This document shows positions 39,473 through 53,810 of a stretch of 64,000 nucleotides of DNA, piece after piece. Each line of letters begins with the position of its first letter. Position 1 is the first letter of the stretch. A program made the position numbers and the translations under genes. The stretch is from Paraphysomonas bandaiensis (taxonomy: Eukaryota; Protista; Chrysophyceae). The notes under the pieces were generated by a model. That model ran no database searches and was not told where the DNA came from. It saw nothing but the letters and a program-made list of their open reading frames with translations. The stretch is from the NCBI GenBank assembly GCA_965644295.1, contig CBFFRP010000598.1:1-64000 (forward strand), read 5' to 3'.

Positions 39473-40567
39473 AGCTGTGCAGAATCACTTATAGGATGTA
39501 GCAAGTAGACCGCCTGTTAACAAGTCACTAACGGCAAAATATCCAGAACTCTTACAGTTTAGCAAATAAGCAATCAACATTTATTTTTAATTAAATCTCA
39601 AATTCTGGTAAAGAGTCCTTGATTATACAGGGGAATATTGTTATAGTACAATTACAGAACGTATTTCGTGAATACAAGGACATATAAAAAATTCGACTGT
39701 AATCACTGAATTACCCACCATGGTGGGGCACGAAGCTATACTTTCAAAGATACGATATTAATATGAGAAAAAATAATGAGTGTACGTACAGAAAACGAGT
39801 ATTTTCTTTATTTCCTTCATCTTCTGTGTCGTATAGAGTCTTGGTTGTGCAGAATAGTAGTGAGTGTGTTTTTATTATATTACCGACGTTACGTACTAGT
39901 TACAAGTAATCGGTAATCTGTATCTGTTAGTAGTTAAATTCATGTTGTCTATATATTAGATTAGAGCTCTACACCCTACGGAATTCAGTATTAGTGTCAT
40001 GGTAAATATCGACTGGTATCTTAAGGCTTTGTTAGTAAATCAATCGCATAGGATCTAAGAAAGAGTGCAAACGTTTCATTGACAACTAAGAGTATGCACA
40101 TAATAAAAAGAAGAAATTTCTTTGGTATTTCATTTTAACAAAAATACAAACTAGCAACAGGCAATTAGGAATAATACCAATAAGATACCTTTTTATGACG
40201 TTAAGCAGTAATCAGTACCTGTTAATAGCTAACTTCAGGGCGTCTACATATCTACATAATAGATTAGCATTGTACACCTCACAGGTACCAGTGTGTGGAG
40301 CATAAATCAGCGCTTTCTTAATAACTCAAGTATACAGGTATATGAATTGATATAAACATCGTTGTCCGTTGAGAGTTTACATATTCTATTATGACATATG
40401 GAGGGACACCATCCACTTATTAAAGTTAAGTTTTCCAGGATAGAATATGTGCAAAATATTGAAAAAGTAGCTATAATTTTTATTTATGTGGTCGTGATTG
40501 TAATAATATATTTACTCTATTTATTTTAATAGTAACGAATAGTATTTTAGCAATTCCAATTTATCCT

Positions 40568-41963
40568 TTAATATGATTTGCTATTACTGACACTAACAAC
40601 AAAAAGAAAAAACGAAGCGACCGCTGTAGACACTTTAATAATCATGTTGAAAGTAATAAATTGTCTAGTGCCATAAAATGGCACTCCAAGGGGAATAGCC
40701 TGCACTTTTAGGATAGCCATTTGATACGCAGAAATATTGCTATCGTCAAACTGCACATGTGCTTGTACATCACCGAGCGCCAACAAAATCCTGTAGACAT
40801 AACGCTCAGTCAGCGATGTGGCAAATATTCTCCGAATAAGCACAAGAAAGTGAATAATATATAAATGAATGAGCAAAAACATGAGTGTTTATCTACCTCT
40901 CATTTTGGGCGTACACACTGGCAACGCTGCATGATACGAGTAATAGAACTACAATATTCACACCAACCCATATGACACCCGATATGGAGGTTCGCCCCGG
41001 TAATTCGTTCAATAAGAAAGACTATGCATAAAAACATGAGTATCACAAGTAAGTGGTATATATTTCAGTTACCTCGAGAAGAAATGCAGTAAGGGGGGCA
41101 CAGATTCCAATATTTACGGTAGTCATAAGGCTAACTTTGGACACAAGAAGTTTATTAGCCCCATGAAGCTCATCATACCAGTCCATCAACTGTGCAACTG
41201 ATAGTTCTTTATTGTCACCTGTCCTAGAGGCAGATATTCGGGACACTAAGGCTTTAGCCCGGCAAACTAGTGCGTATGAAGGGATACATATAAACATCAT
41301 GGACAGAAACCAGCCATAGCTATAGAAATACCAAAAACAAATACCAAATACAGTAAACCAAAGCTTCCTAGTTAACGGTAGAATAGTGTAGAAACCATCA
41401 GCAGATAGATAAACTACAGAAACACACGTTAAATTTATAATCACGCCCAATGCCACGAGGGTAGTTATGAGCCACGACACACGCTTCACATTTGTGTCAT
41501 AGTCAGAGTCAACGTAGCCGTGTTTGCTGAACAACTCATTAGCATGAGACCTCAAAAGGGTGTGCATAAATTTGACAAGAGACTCCTTGCGAAATATAAT
41601 ATCATATGCTACTAGTACATATATAGTTGTGGAATGAATCATCCAAACCGCGTTGCTCAATCGGTGAAAAAATGCACCGTTTACAGGTGACAAGAACATA
41701 CTAATTAAAACCCCTGCCAGAACTATTATCATCACTGACGATATCATAATCGGAAGTATAGTAGAATTCCGAAACGTACACAAACCAGCCCATCTCAATA
41801 TACACACTGGACCTTTCAAGTGTGGAACATCATCCACTAAAAGGGCGGTATTATCAAAGCTTGCTGCTGCACTGGAGAAACTCATTGGGTTCATAGTCGA
41901 CGCTGTCGAGCAGCTTTTGTTACTCTGACGAACACTAGTACTATTCATATATGCAGTTGACAT
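40568..41963 (-). CDS. Gustatory-receptor-like (GRL / 7TM ion channel superfamily) protein, ~412 aa, 3 exons
   Basis: Exons 41073-41963, 40897-41021 and 40568-40790 (an alternative acceptor near 40829 is possible). No signal peptide; 'LRWAGLCTF' before TM1; long helical loop after TM4 ('QLMDWYDELHGANKLLVSKVS'); TM7 at the extreme C-terminus ('PLGVPFYG..FITFNMIIKVSTAVASFFLFVV'). Confidence 0.72.
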
Positions 41964-42600
41964 CGAACAATAAAACTATGACCTCGAAGCCCTCGCCTTG
42001 CAACGTCTACGAAACCCCAATTACACCAAACTATACTGATAAAGTAGTGACACTGATATCTAAAACCAGTGAGCTAGATCTACCAGTATGGTGGTGGTTG
42101 CCTTCATGCGGATCTGTGGTGCGGCTGATGTGATGTGCTGTGTACAGTGTACACCATATACAGACTACTGTTAGTACAATGTATTCTATGTATACGGTGC
42201 ATTCACACAATCAAATGTGAGTGAAGAGCATGCGTATCTATGAGGAGGACTTCGAAGTGAATGTGATGTGGATATATGCATGTATGAGTACATGATTCAG
42301 AGGCTCTGCTGCTGCCTCTACTCACAGACACGAGTGAGGACTATCAACAGTGTGTGGTCATAGTGGTGTATAGTGGTGTGTACTCCTGCTTTCTTCAATA
42401 TATCTAGCACGAAAGTAACTCCACTATCCTACGAATAAATACGCTTTATCCACTATTGATTGGATGTGAGTGTTTCTAGTGGTCAATCACATGTATATAT
42501 GTGTTATATATACTATACGAACTGTGATGTGATATATCTGACAGACTGTTTGCTCCCATACACTGCGACAGTTGAGGCGTCGTGGTGGTTATTCCGTGAC

Positions 42601-43714
42601 ATGTCTTCTGTCTCTGTGTCTGTCTCTGCATCCGCCCCTCCGCGCAGTGAATCATATGTGGTGAAGGCGTTACTCTCTGGATCTGTGTGTGCTTTTGTGG
42701 CTGCTCTCGTTAATCCTCTTGATGTCGTTAAGGTAACGCTCCGTTGAACTTATGGCGTTATTTATACCAATTTGTAAATATCAGATTCGAATGCAAAATC
42801 AATCTCTGAGTAGTCCGTGGCCAGAGAAAACTATGATCTCTGGTCTTATCAGAATTTATCGTGATGAAGGAATACGTGGTTGGTGTCGCGGGGTGAATGC
42901 ATCGATCCTGCGCGAACTATTTTACTCGTCTATTCGCATTGGAGCTTATGAGCCAATTCTATTACTATTGAGTAAGGGAAATGACGAATTACCATCACCT
43001 GCAGCTAAATTTGCAAGTGGTCTACTGTCGGGAGGTATCGGATCCGCACTTGGAAACCCAACAGATTTAGTGAAGGTATTAGTTTATTTATTTCTGAATC
43101 ACTGTGTTAATAATGTATCCGTAGATAAATTTTCAAGCGTTGCTTCCAGGCGGAACTCTACCGTACCGAACAACATTCGGGGCTTTTACGTATATATTTA
43201 AGTCTCAAGGCGTATCAGGGTTGTATAAAGGTTGGGCTGTCACGTCAACGCGATCAGCAATTCTTACCTCAGCTCAAATGGGAAGCTACGATAGCATCAA
43301 AAATAACTTTCTTCGGAAGCACTTGGGTATGCAAGATGGGTACCCATTACATCTAACTGCATCACTTATATCTGGTCTTATTACAACGACAGCTGCTAAT
43401 CCAGGTATAAAGCTTTGAAAGTGCGACTGCATTCATAATTATTTATTTTTTGTAGTGGATGTCATTAAGACGAGATACATGAGTGATGTTGCTGGTAGAT
43501 ATAGGAGTCCTCTACAGTGCGTACTTGCTACCTATAGGGAGGGCGGAATATATATCTTCTTCAAGGTTGCACAGAACATTGCAATTTTAAAGTAGTTGAC
43601 ATTGTTATATTACAGGGATGGACTCCGTCATATTGCCGTCTTGGTCCACATATATGCCTATCTTTCCTTCTAATTGAACAAGCTAGAATCTGTATGGGTT
43701 TTCCCACTATATAG
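42601..43714 (+). CDS. Mitochondrial carrier (SLC25), UCP/dicarboxylate-oxaloacetate-type, 5 exons
   Basis: Three PX[DE]XX[KR] motifs (PLDVVK, PTDLVK, P-VDVIK); 'YSSIRIGAYE', 'YDSIK' and 'RLGPH'. Confidence 0.93.
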
Positions 43715-44630
43715 CCTGCAGTCAGTGCAGGGTGTGTATACGAAAACGTTTAATGTAAATATTTTATTGCAGTAAAATAAAACCCCACTGATTTTGGGAA
43801 TGGTATATCTATTATATCTATTCAATTTCACGACAGGTTAATGATATAATATATGTTATGTTTTGGTTAAAATTTTGACGAGAAGTTCAGCTAGAGTGTA
43901 GAAAACGCTTTGCATTTCAACGTCTGCCCTATCTTGTACATTACTATTCCGATGAGTAGTGCTAGAATACAGTGTAGCCTTTCAACAACTTGAGCATTTC
44001 AATCATAGAATTTATTCTGGTACTTGTTAGAATTGGACACTTCACTTAAGTTAACCTAGCTCAACACGTAAACCTTAACCGTGCTTTGTTACACGCAGTG
44101 CAAAGAATTAGAATATTATTAAGCTCAGCAATTCTCACCAGTATCATCTGTTCTCACCAGTTACTCCTATATCATACATAGTCAATAGTAACACATCAGT
44201 AACTGAATTTACTTCCTTTGTAACTATATTTTCCTGACACACGTATGAGTTGACTTCACCTATTGCACACTATCAACCCACTGCAATGTACAATGTACAA
44301 TATATATCGCATCCTACTGCAGAACTCAACACTCCTGGCATGCCAAGTCTCTATTTTCTATATTGTAACTTGCAACCTCTTCGATTAATATATTTCACAT
44401 AGTCAGACTTGGGAATGAGTACACTACCACACTACAGATCACTGAAGAGGCACCAAAAATTACTAATCGTAGTCTATCATATGCGATGAAAAATAACAGA
44501 AAGAGTATACTCTTGCCTTTAAATTTCACCATAAAAGAAAATTTGTCTAGAAACTATAGCAAGTCATAGCACTAAGGTTTCGGCGTACAGGTTCTAAATA
44601 TTACTGATGTGTTGTAAAAATCAAAGAAGA

Positions 44631-46856
44631 TTACTTCTTAGGTGCAGGTAGATCAGCTTTACTATCAATTTCGCTTCGGGGCCGCTTTCCAGTAATATTG
44701 TTCCCATCCGACAAATTGTGCCCTTTCGCGTCGATAACTTCCACCTGATCGTCAATAACCTCACACACCCCATCGTCGTCATCTGCGCTCTCTTTATTAC
44801 CAGTCGCTGTTGACGTAGAGCTGTTTCTCACTCTAGCCTTCGCCTACATACATATACTAAGTAAATAAAAAAGAAGACAGGTTGGTACATACCTGACTGG
44901 CGCCCATAAGTCTAAATCCTTCCGGGTATTCTTCCTCGTCCAGCTCTTCACCAGCAACATGCCGCACTACGAGCGATATCTGCAGGTTCACACAGAATAC
45001 ATTATTCAAAACCATATATATAAGGACAGCTGGAATAGCTTCAAAAGGTACTATACAAACACCAGTAGCCTACCGACAGATCCTGCCTGAAGTCTTCCAG
45101 TGTCACTATTGTTCCATCAACTATTCCCCCTCCCGGACACTGAGAAAGAGTACATGATAGATGCGCAGTGAGAGTTTCATCCATCTCATCCCCTTCTTCA
45201 TATATCACAGATGCTCCAATCATTACGGAGGGCTCTACCAAACCGAGGCGGCGTTTCACAACACTAGATACAAGTGTATCAAGGGTAGATTTCTCTGTAT
45301 CGATCTGCAAAACATTTCGACAACTAAATCACTTGCAGTCACATTGAATATCTCCGCAGACAAACAATTGTAGAGCCATACACCAAGAAAAAATCAATAT
45401 GACACAACGATTATTATACAACAGAAGAGAGTTCCATGTGCTAATATAGAACTTACCTCCAAGGTCTGCTGCGATGTATTGCAGACATAGCAATCCTCTT
45501 GAGGCTCGGAAGTCGAAGAGGGACAAAGATAATGTCCTCTTCTGGTAGGCATGCGTTGACAGTACGTCGTGGGACAACTGTTTCGCTTCAACGCTACATC
45601 CGCACTCATTTGAGACAAAATATGCATTGCCTGCGCCACTTGTACGCCAGCGATTATTGCATTTGTTGAGGCAATAGCCGGAATAATATTTCCCGCTACC
45701 CCCTTGGCATCATGAAAAGACATGGGTTCGATATCGAACACCCTGGAGCGTAAATTGGAGGCAGCTGTCACAAAACTCATGATGAACTTGTTATCTTTCT
45801 CAAACACATAACTTCCCAGCAATTCCCGGGATTCGGTAGTCGAAATGGCTTCATACATGCACGCAACAAGTTCGGTGATGCATTCCGAGTTTGTCCACAG
45901 AGCCCTGTCCCAGCCCTTCTTGTTAGAAGGGCGCGGTTTAGACCCTTCTAACACCATTCGAGCGTAATCACATCCATGAGTAATTGTTTCAACGGGTACA
46001 GGTTCCGGAACGCGCTTTGAGGACTTGTACACGCCCATATCGATCTGCTTCCGGACTTCGAGGTGAAATACTGCCTCCAAGAGAATCCGTGCGTGTTCTA
46101 TCAATGCAGCAATATCCCCACTTTGCGGCAAAGCTACGTGGGACATATAGGTAGACTCTTCCACGGTATTCATATCCTCATAAAGCATTGACTCTGATGT
46201 AGATCCAAATATGAGCTTGAATAGCTCTTTGGCCCACACAATACAATGGACAGGCTTGTCAGGTGTCGATCTTATAGTGCAGATAGGGTACACTTTTTGA
46301 GTAACCTTAGGTCGACACTCATAGCACTCGGTCTCGCCTTTAATAATGGGCATCACTTGACCAATGTATCCCGTTGTTCCCGACTCAATTAGAACCACAT
46401 TAGCTGCAAGACATAACCTGTTCACATGACGGCGTGCATCCACATTGTCCAGAGCATTCAAAACGATATTAAACTTAGAAAAGAATGCCACATTGAATTC
46501 GGGGTCTTTTACATTCTTATGGTATGCAGTTATACTGACATCGGGATTAAACTGCAGAGCAGTTTCAGCCGCAACAGTTGATTTCGGTTTATTAACATGT
46601 TCTCGTCGAAACTGCACACAATGTTAGCATAAAGCACAGCTGCACGTAACCCTCGTACCAGGAACTGTCTGTTCAGATTTGAGACATCAATGATATCCAA
46701 ATCAACGATTTCAATGGTTTTGAATCCGCTCATGACGAGGTTCTTTAGCACCTCACAGCCAATGCCGCCCGCTCCCACTACCAGCACACGGCTCTTTTGA
46801 ATATAGTCGAACCCTGATGCACCTGCATACGAAACGGAAGGGGAATACCTTTCCAT
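44631..46856 (-). CDS. UBA2: SUMO-activating enzyme subunit 2
   Basis: '[13 protein letters not shown]', '[17 protein letters not shown]', 'CYEC', catalytic '[21 protein letters not shown]', '[13 protein letters not shown]', 'CYVC', UFD and C-terminal NLS. Confidence 0.96.
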
Positions 46857-47353
46857 TTGCAGAGAAGATACTCAAAAGTTTATCTACTCGTTGTTCTGTG
46901 ACGAGAATTGCTTGGCATGCTGTTCCTGTAGCCTAGAGACACACCCATCGCCTATGCTGCTGTGTACAGCACAGTTGTACGTTGTGTAGCCTGTGTTGCG
47001 TATTCCTGCTGCGTACTGCTGTACTATTATTCTGGTGTGTATATATAGTGTACAGCGGTATACGTATACATATACAGACACACATCCGTATTTGTTTCCA
47101 TTCTGTAGGTACATGTATGTCATAGTGATCTGAATGAGACGCAGTCCCAGTATACGGGTACAGTATACCGAGCACCCCCATATGTCCAGTATATGCAGCA
47201 GACTATAGCTATCTGTTTCCATTCCCCATTTGGTGGTTGTTTGAAACAAAGTTTCACTGCTGCGCTTATTGTTACTGGTTGCTTCAGGGCGAATGTGTTA
47301 AACCTCAACTAAAATATCAAGTTGTACTTCTTATTAGTAAGCTAACTGTCGAA

Positions 47354-48421
47354 ATGGCCTGGTCTACTATTCCTGTGTCCGAGACACTGAATTCAGTTAT
47401 TGGAGATTTTGTTGTATTTTTTACGGAAATAATTCATAACCCCAGTGTGGAGAATCTGTTGTTTCAATATTCCGTTTTGCAGAACGCCCATTCAGGGGAG
47501 AGCTTTCAAATTGTGGTCGCATGGGGCACAGCCGTTCTCTTTCTTCTTGTTTGTATTGCTGTGTACACCACTTGGCGCGGAACTGACAGTACTAATAGCA
47601 TAGATGTTAAAAAAACAGATGTCGATAACAGCGCATCAGTACCTACCAGTGATGTAAATGTTACCCCATCCTCGACCAGGGAAGAGAGCAAGACACGCAT
47701 TAGTAGTTTCGCATCTGTTCAGGTTGAATCTCACTTAGTTGTACCAACCCCCTTACATATATTGTTAGGCACAGCGTATAGCTAATTCACCTGGCATTCC
47801 GACCGGTAATGGGAGCCCCTATCGACCCTCGGCTTACCGGGACAAGCTCCGCAGCGAATTGGAAGGGAAGAGTAGTAGGGCTACTTCCCCTCTCACTGTC
47901 CTCTCTCAGACAAGCTTTAACCAAGCAATGTCTGTTGTTTCAGACCCTGAGTCATCCAGTTCCAATAGGTACGATGCGAACTCGTTGTAATTTTTATGGA
48001 CTAGTCATACTTTTTTATATTGTGGTAATATTTTGTGAGTTTTTTACGATATGATTATATAAATGAAGTATGTCCGTTCTAATGCACTGGTATTAGTGGC
48101 TTCACTGCCGAGAGCACACCTAGCCGAGTCCTCTCCCGTGAGCATTCTACACATGTAGCTGCCGAAAGCGTCTTGACGCAGTCTATATCGGACCCCAATG
48201 TGCTTATTGGATGGCGTATTGTAGTGTCTCGGTACGGGTCCGGTGTGGTTTTGGAATGCATCAAGAAAAAATTCCGCTCAACAAGATTCAGAGTTTTATT
48301 CGATGATGGCAAAGTAAGATTTTTGAAGCTGAAGCGCAGTGAAACCAAGGGTGTAGTACCATTCACTCTTATCAATACAGCGAGTGGGAAGGCTGCGTTG
48401 CATTCATCTCGAGATTCCTGA
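47354..48421 (+). CDS. Hypothetical single-pass membrane protein with Ser-rich linker and C-terminal small beta (SH3/Tudor-like) domain, 3 exons
   Basis: TM 'IVVAWGTAVLFLLVCIAVY'; in-frame splicing; C-terminal 'LIGWRIVV..YGSGVV..FRVLFDDGKVRFLKL'. Confidence 0.65.
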
Positions 48422-50016
48422 TTCACTCTTCCGTGTGCATAGTGTGTATATATATTACCGTTTTGTTTTAACCACTTATATGGCGTAAGTTAAATGGTCT
48501 AGATATGTCCCTTTTGCCATGTGGAACCTGTATAGTAGGCCAATTCGTTTAGCCGAAGTAAGCGATCACTGATTGTGCAAGATTTACGTAGACATCTTGG
48601 TGACGTATCATGTGTAAGGTATTTGCTGAATATGATGGTATAGTGACGAGAAATTAAAAAAATTGTGCCATATTTTTTTGTGAAGTGATTATTAACATAC
48701 CCTTAAGTCGGAACAAAATGAGGTGTTGTATTCCACATTTATAGTATCGATGTTGTATCGAGGTGGGGCACTGAAGCAAGTGGTAACTTGCAGAAGTATA
48801 TTAAACAAGTACGTACTGATGTGGTTTGCTACTCTTCTAGAGATAAATTTACATGTTAAATGCTAGTGTCAATACGGAATATAAGCCTATTCTAAACTGT
48901 GGTAGTAGTGTATAAAGCTATACACCACGTAGTAATATTTTGTATATTGTATATGAGTAGTAAAGCAAGTAAGCCCTCACATACTTTGTAAAAGGAAATA
49001 GTAAAATACTACTCATAGTGCAATTTCGTATAGGGTATAGGTGTAGTGATTATGGGAGCTGATTAACGTTATCCTTGTATGAAGTTGAAAGCAACCTGTA
49101 GAGTCGCGAAGAAAGTAATTTCTGTATGAAGCGTGATGGAAATAACCTTCTTGGTGAAGGTAGGTAAGAGGAAGTACAAGAAACAACACTCTTGTCAATA
49201 ATACATATAAGCTAACGCAATGGCATTGAAACAATTCGTGGTAACAATATGTAGTTCTCTGTCCATATGGTAAATACAATGAAATATATGATACTGTTAT
49301 TCGTACCATATCATTGACGTTATTTTCGTCACGACAATGTAATCATACGAGTATTTTAGTAAGCCGTAGTCAGGCTATTTTCAAGGATGCTGTGATAGTT
49401 CAGCTTCATCAGTTATAGGCGTTCAGGCATCATGATTTGTGGTGATCAACTCATATATATAGCATGCTTCGGAGTTCCACATATTCGCTCCTCTTCAGGA
49501 CATTCTCCTGGTCATATGCTGGCCCATCCTAAGAGAGCGATTATTGAGTCACTGCTCATCATATCTACCATACATTTATATATGTAATCCTGGTACTGTT
49601 GTTGTCATTGCACACACGCAGAGGTGTGTCCACGACTGTCCTGCTGGATATTTATACAAAAATCTTTTTTCCGTCGAGTGTGCAATATTTTTTTGTTACG
49701 TTATACTCTATATACACATATCTGCACAACTGGTACGTTGTGCAATAATAAAAAAATTGTTAAGAATTTACTTTTTTTTCGAAATATACGCTTGTACGTA
49801 TAACTGTCTGGATGTACTCGCTCTTCTTAAAATAAATGAAGGTGAAGTGAGAAGAAAGAGTATGTGAATATGACTGAAGTTGAAGTGGATTCATATACGG
49901 AGGATGAACTATGCGGTTGAGTATTATCAGAGCCCAGCATATCGTATGATCATAGACATCTATCATTAATGAGATGACACTGACCCTTCCCATCACCCCT
50001 TAGAACAATAAGACCG

Positions 50017-53000
50017 ATGCCTGTAGCAAAGCATCGCCTCGATTTCTCAGAGCTGATAACACATGGCGCTAAGCTAAAGGCGCAGCAGGCAGAGAAGAAT
50101 CGCAATCAGTATCTGGATGCTGTCGAGTACCTTGAAATGAAAGCATCCGGCGAGACTGCTCCTGATAGCGACATCGACCGCAAAGTGGAGAAGCGAAATA
50201 GCTTCATAGGGCGGGCGGATGGCTTGATATCTAGACATGTCCTCATGTCAGCTCGTATATTGCGGGCTCTCGGTGCGTGGTACGTCACTGCACTCAGACT
50301 GGCCGTAACCGTCTTCGCCTTTCTTGTGTTGGCTGTTTCCATTGCGGAAGGGCTGTCTGACACTTTGATATTGACAATAGATATTATTGCTATATGTGTA
50401 AATGTCTACTTCATTCTCGAAGGATCTTTGAAAATGCTCGGGTACTATGCATTTGTTACTATGCAGTATGATTTTAAGCAGCCCTTGAATGTTATGTTGC
50501 TGGTGCGGCAATCTGGTGTTTTGGAGGTGGTCATTGCGTGTTGTAGTTTGGGATACGGCCAAACTCTGACTGGTGCTTGGTTTCACCTTGCAAGAATATG
50601 CTTACTCTCTCTTTCCCTCATGGAACAGTGGACTCATATCGACGTTCTCATGGTGTGTTAAATTCATGTCTCTGTATGAATTTCGCGTGACTTTTGTTTT
50701 TTGGCAGAGTGGTATTGTACTAGGTCTTCACTCACTCTTGTCTACTTGGTTATTATTAACAGTCGTGTTCTTCATCTATGCTGCATGCGCCATGACTTTA
50801 TTCCGTAAGAACGATCCATTCCATTTTGGATCTATTGCGATGAGCATGTGGACATTTTTCGAGCTGTCAACATTTGACGGGTGGGAAAAGGTATTGTACG
50901 TGAACATGTACGGTTGCGACTACTTCCCATATTTTTATGTACCTGGTGAAGATGTGGATGCCTCTGAGCCACGTAGTGTGGACCGTATTGGAGAGATGTT
51001 TCTCCCAATTTGTGACTCTCCGGAACCCAGGCCGCTTGTGTCAGCTCTGACCTTTATTTCTTTCGTTCTAATATGTGGATTTATACTTATGTCTCTCACC
51101 GTGGCAGCTGTGGTAGGAGGTATCAAAGACCGACTGGATGAAATCAACACAGCCAAGGATGACGAAGATGAATCTAGTGTTCTTCCATCTGCTAGGAGTG
51201 GAACGGTAGAATCAACATTTGATCCTGAACTAGCCATGATGATGCTAAAAAACACATGGGCTGAAGAAGACGAAGCATGTGAAAAGAGACGAAGAAGAAT
51301 GGAGAAGCGTCGGACTACTGCTGGCCGAATGGGTTCGACTGCTGCAAGTGCAGACCTTGATCAGTTGAGAGCCAATTATGCCAAGAAGCAAACTCTACGA
51401 AGTCAAGTGTCTAATGTATTTGCTCATATTGTTGATCCCAACCGTCGAAGCATTGCTCTGAAGTTTATAAGTGGGCACTCATACTATCGAGTGTTTTTTG
51501 CTGTTGCCATCATTCTTGGTGCTTTCATGGAGATATGGATTTTGCGGGAGGAGCGCACCACGCTCTCCGTCTTAGTTGTGCTCTATATCTTACAGTCGTT
51601 TTACTCTATCGATGTCGTGCTGCGTTGGTTAGCACACTATCCTAGGTACTCATCATTTTTGAACGACAACTGGAATGTTTTTGATGCTGCGGTTGTCCTA
51701 TCGTCATGGCTATCGTTTTTTTCAGGCAGATTCGAGGGAGGGAAATATATCGGTAGGACTATTTATCAATGTAATTGCTTGTAAAGGTTCGTCATGCTTT
51801 CTTAGGACTCTTACGTGTGCTACGTATACTTCGTGTACTTCGACTATTGACATGGATTAATAGACTCAATGTCATGATGAAAGCCGTTGCATCGTCACTT
51901 AAGGCACTATTATATGTGTTCATGTTGATGTGCGTTCTTTTCTTTCACTTTGCTGTTGCTGGAGTGCTACTTTTTAGACGTAATGATAACCACCATTTTG
52001 GGACAATATTTAAAGCCTTTGTAACACTGTTCCAGGTATATATTATTTCGATTTTCATGAATAATGACGTTTGCTTGTTAGTTATGTTCTTTGGAAAATT
52101 GGAGTTTTGTTGCTCGCACACAGATGTATGGGTGTGATTACTTCGGGTATCAATCTGGAAATGATGAATATGATATGCAGTGTGAGGATCCACGTGGGTT
52201 AGGCTGGCTAGCTGCCTGGTGAAAATAAATGTGTCTCAATTGTTTAAGTGACTAATTAGTGAATTTTTGTCAGGTATTTTATAATATTTATTGTGTTGGG
52301 TGTATTGGTTCTCGTGAATCTATTCGTTGGCATCATAATCACCTCTATGGAGCTACTGAAAGATGGAAGTAGGGAGGAAAGTGCCGTTTGGGCAAAAGTA
52401 CGAATTAAACAACGTGAGCACCAAATAAGTGATTCTTCCATCGACAATATGCTGGAGATATTTGAGATGATTGATCAGTCGAATTCTGCCTCGTTAACGC
52501 TGTCAGAATTGCAGCCATTGATGCGTTGTATTGTGACAGACGAAGTCCAGCAGATAACACTTTTTATGAAGGCGGACCACAACAATAATGGACAGCTTAA
52601 CTTTTCTGAGTTCATAGACTTGATTCATTTATTGGGAGATGCTTTTCGCAACCCTTTGAAATTGAAGCCAGCAATAAAGCCAACGATGAAGATTTTGGCC
52701 AGTGGTGTGAGTAACTTGCGGCTTAAGAAGAGTCAACTTGCTGTTCTTGGTGCTTTAAATCTCAGACGAAGTAGTTCTGCTAAAATCCACACCATGAACA
52801 TTGCAAGTGAAAATGTTTCTACAGAGAAGAGTGATAGAGCAGTCCAATTTGCGGATGACTCGAATTCATATCCACAGGAAGAAGCTGGCAGTGATCCCCC
52901 TCCTTTGACTTTACATCCCCCAAAGGTAGAATTTAATATGCCTACACATGCTGAAGAACAAGAGCCAGATGATCCATCAGAATCTTGTGTAAACGACTCA

Positions 53001-53342
53001 AGTGTACCGAACGTGGTGTCAGTAGATCACAATGATGCTTTAACTTCTGGTTTACTGGCGCAGCAACCTGTGCATACATCAAACAATGCGCCTACACCGA
53101 ATTCTGATGTTACTGTGGATAATGGTGACGGAATTACCGATCCAGAAACCGATCCTAACATGCAGGCACTCCTAACGATACGACGACTGAAGCGCCAAAA
53201 ACAATCCGCTCAGCAGGATACAGACACACAAAACCCTCTACCTGGAAAAACAAGTAAGAGTTCTGTGAAGCTGACACCATTAAAAAAGAACACTCTTCAT
53301 CTGGCTAGAATTGCAAAATCTCAAGGAAGGATTGTACATTGA
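50017..53342 (+). CDS. Two-domain (2x6TM) voltage-gated cation channel of BacNav/EukCat-like type with C-terminal EF-hand pair
   Basis: Pore 1 'NDPFHFGSIAMSMWTFFELSTFDGWEKVLYVNMYGCD'; pore 2 'NDNHHFGTIFKAFVTLFQ-LCSLENWSFVARTQMYGCD'; DII S4 'LLRVLRILRVLRLL'; S6 'LVNLFVGIIITSM'; EF-hands 'DQSNSASLTLSE' and 'DHNNNGQLNFSE'. Confidence 0.88.
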
Positions 53343-53788
53343 TACTTACGTGTCTTAAATTTCCTTGCTATAACTCAGAAATATCTTTATTCTGTTGATC
53401 CTTCGTAGTTTTCCTGTTAATCTCTGTTCAGACTGGTCGAAAATGGATGATTTTCTATTGTTTTATATTGATTACAGTAGTCGTTATTATGATTTCAGCA
53501 AACCTGGATTTATTTGATTGTTTATATTGTTATTATGCAGTGATATATTAATTTGCACTGCGGATTACTGTGTAGCATTCGTAACACAAGCAAACACGTG
53601 AGTCACTAAAACGAGGATTCAGCCTGATTCAGTGAGGTATAAAATGCAACAGCAGCGAGCATTCTTGACAGTCTATTTTAATAACTCTGTAAATCCCTAT
53701 TTATTATATATTCTCTTCTGTGATAAGTAGTCTTATCACGAACAGCGATTGGCACAAGAACGACTGAAATGATGAAAATGATATAGGT

Positions 53789-53810
53789 CAGCGCCTGTTA
53801 ACCATTAATG
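53789..53810 (+). mobile_element. Solo degenerate terminus of the hAT MITE family
   Basis: cagcgcctgttaaccattaatg matches 20/22 of the 31788 TIR; no partner end found. Confidence 0.55.
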
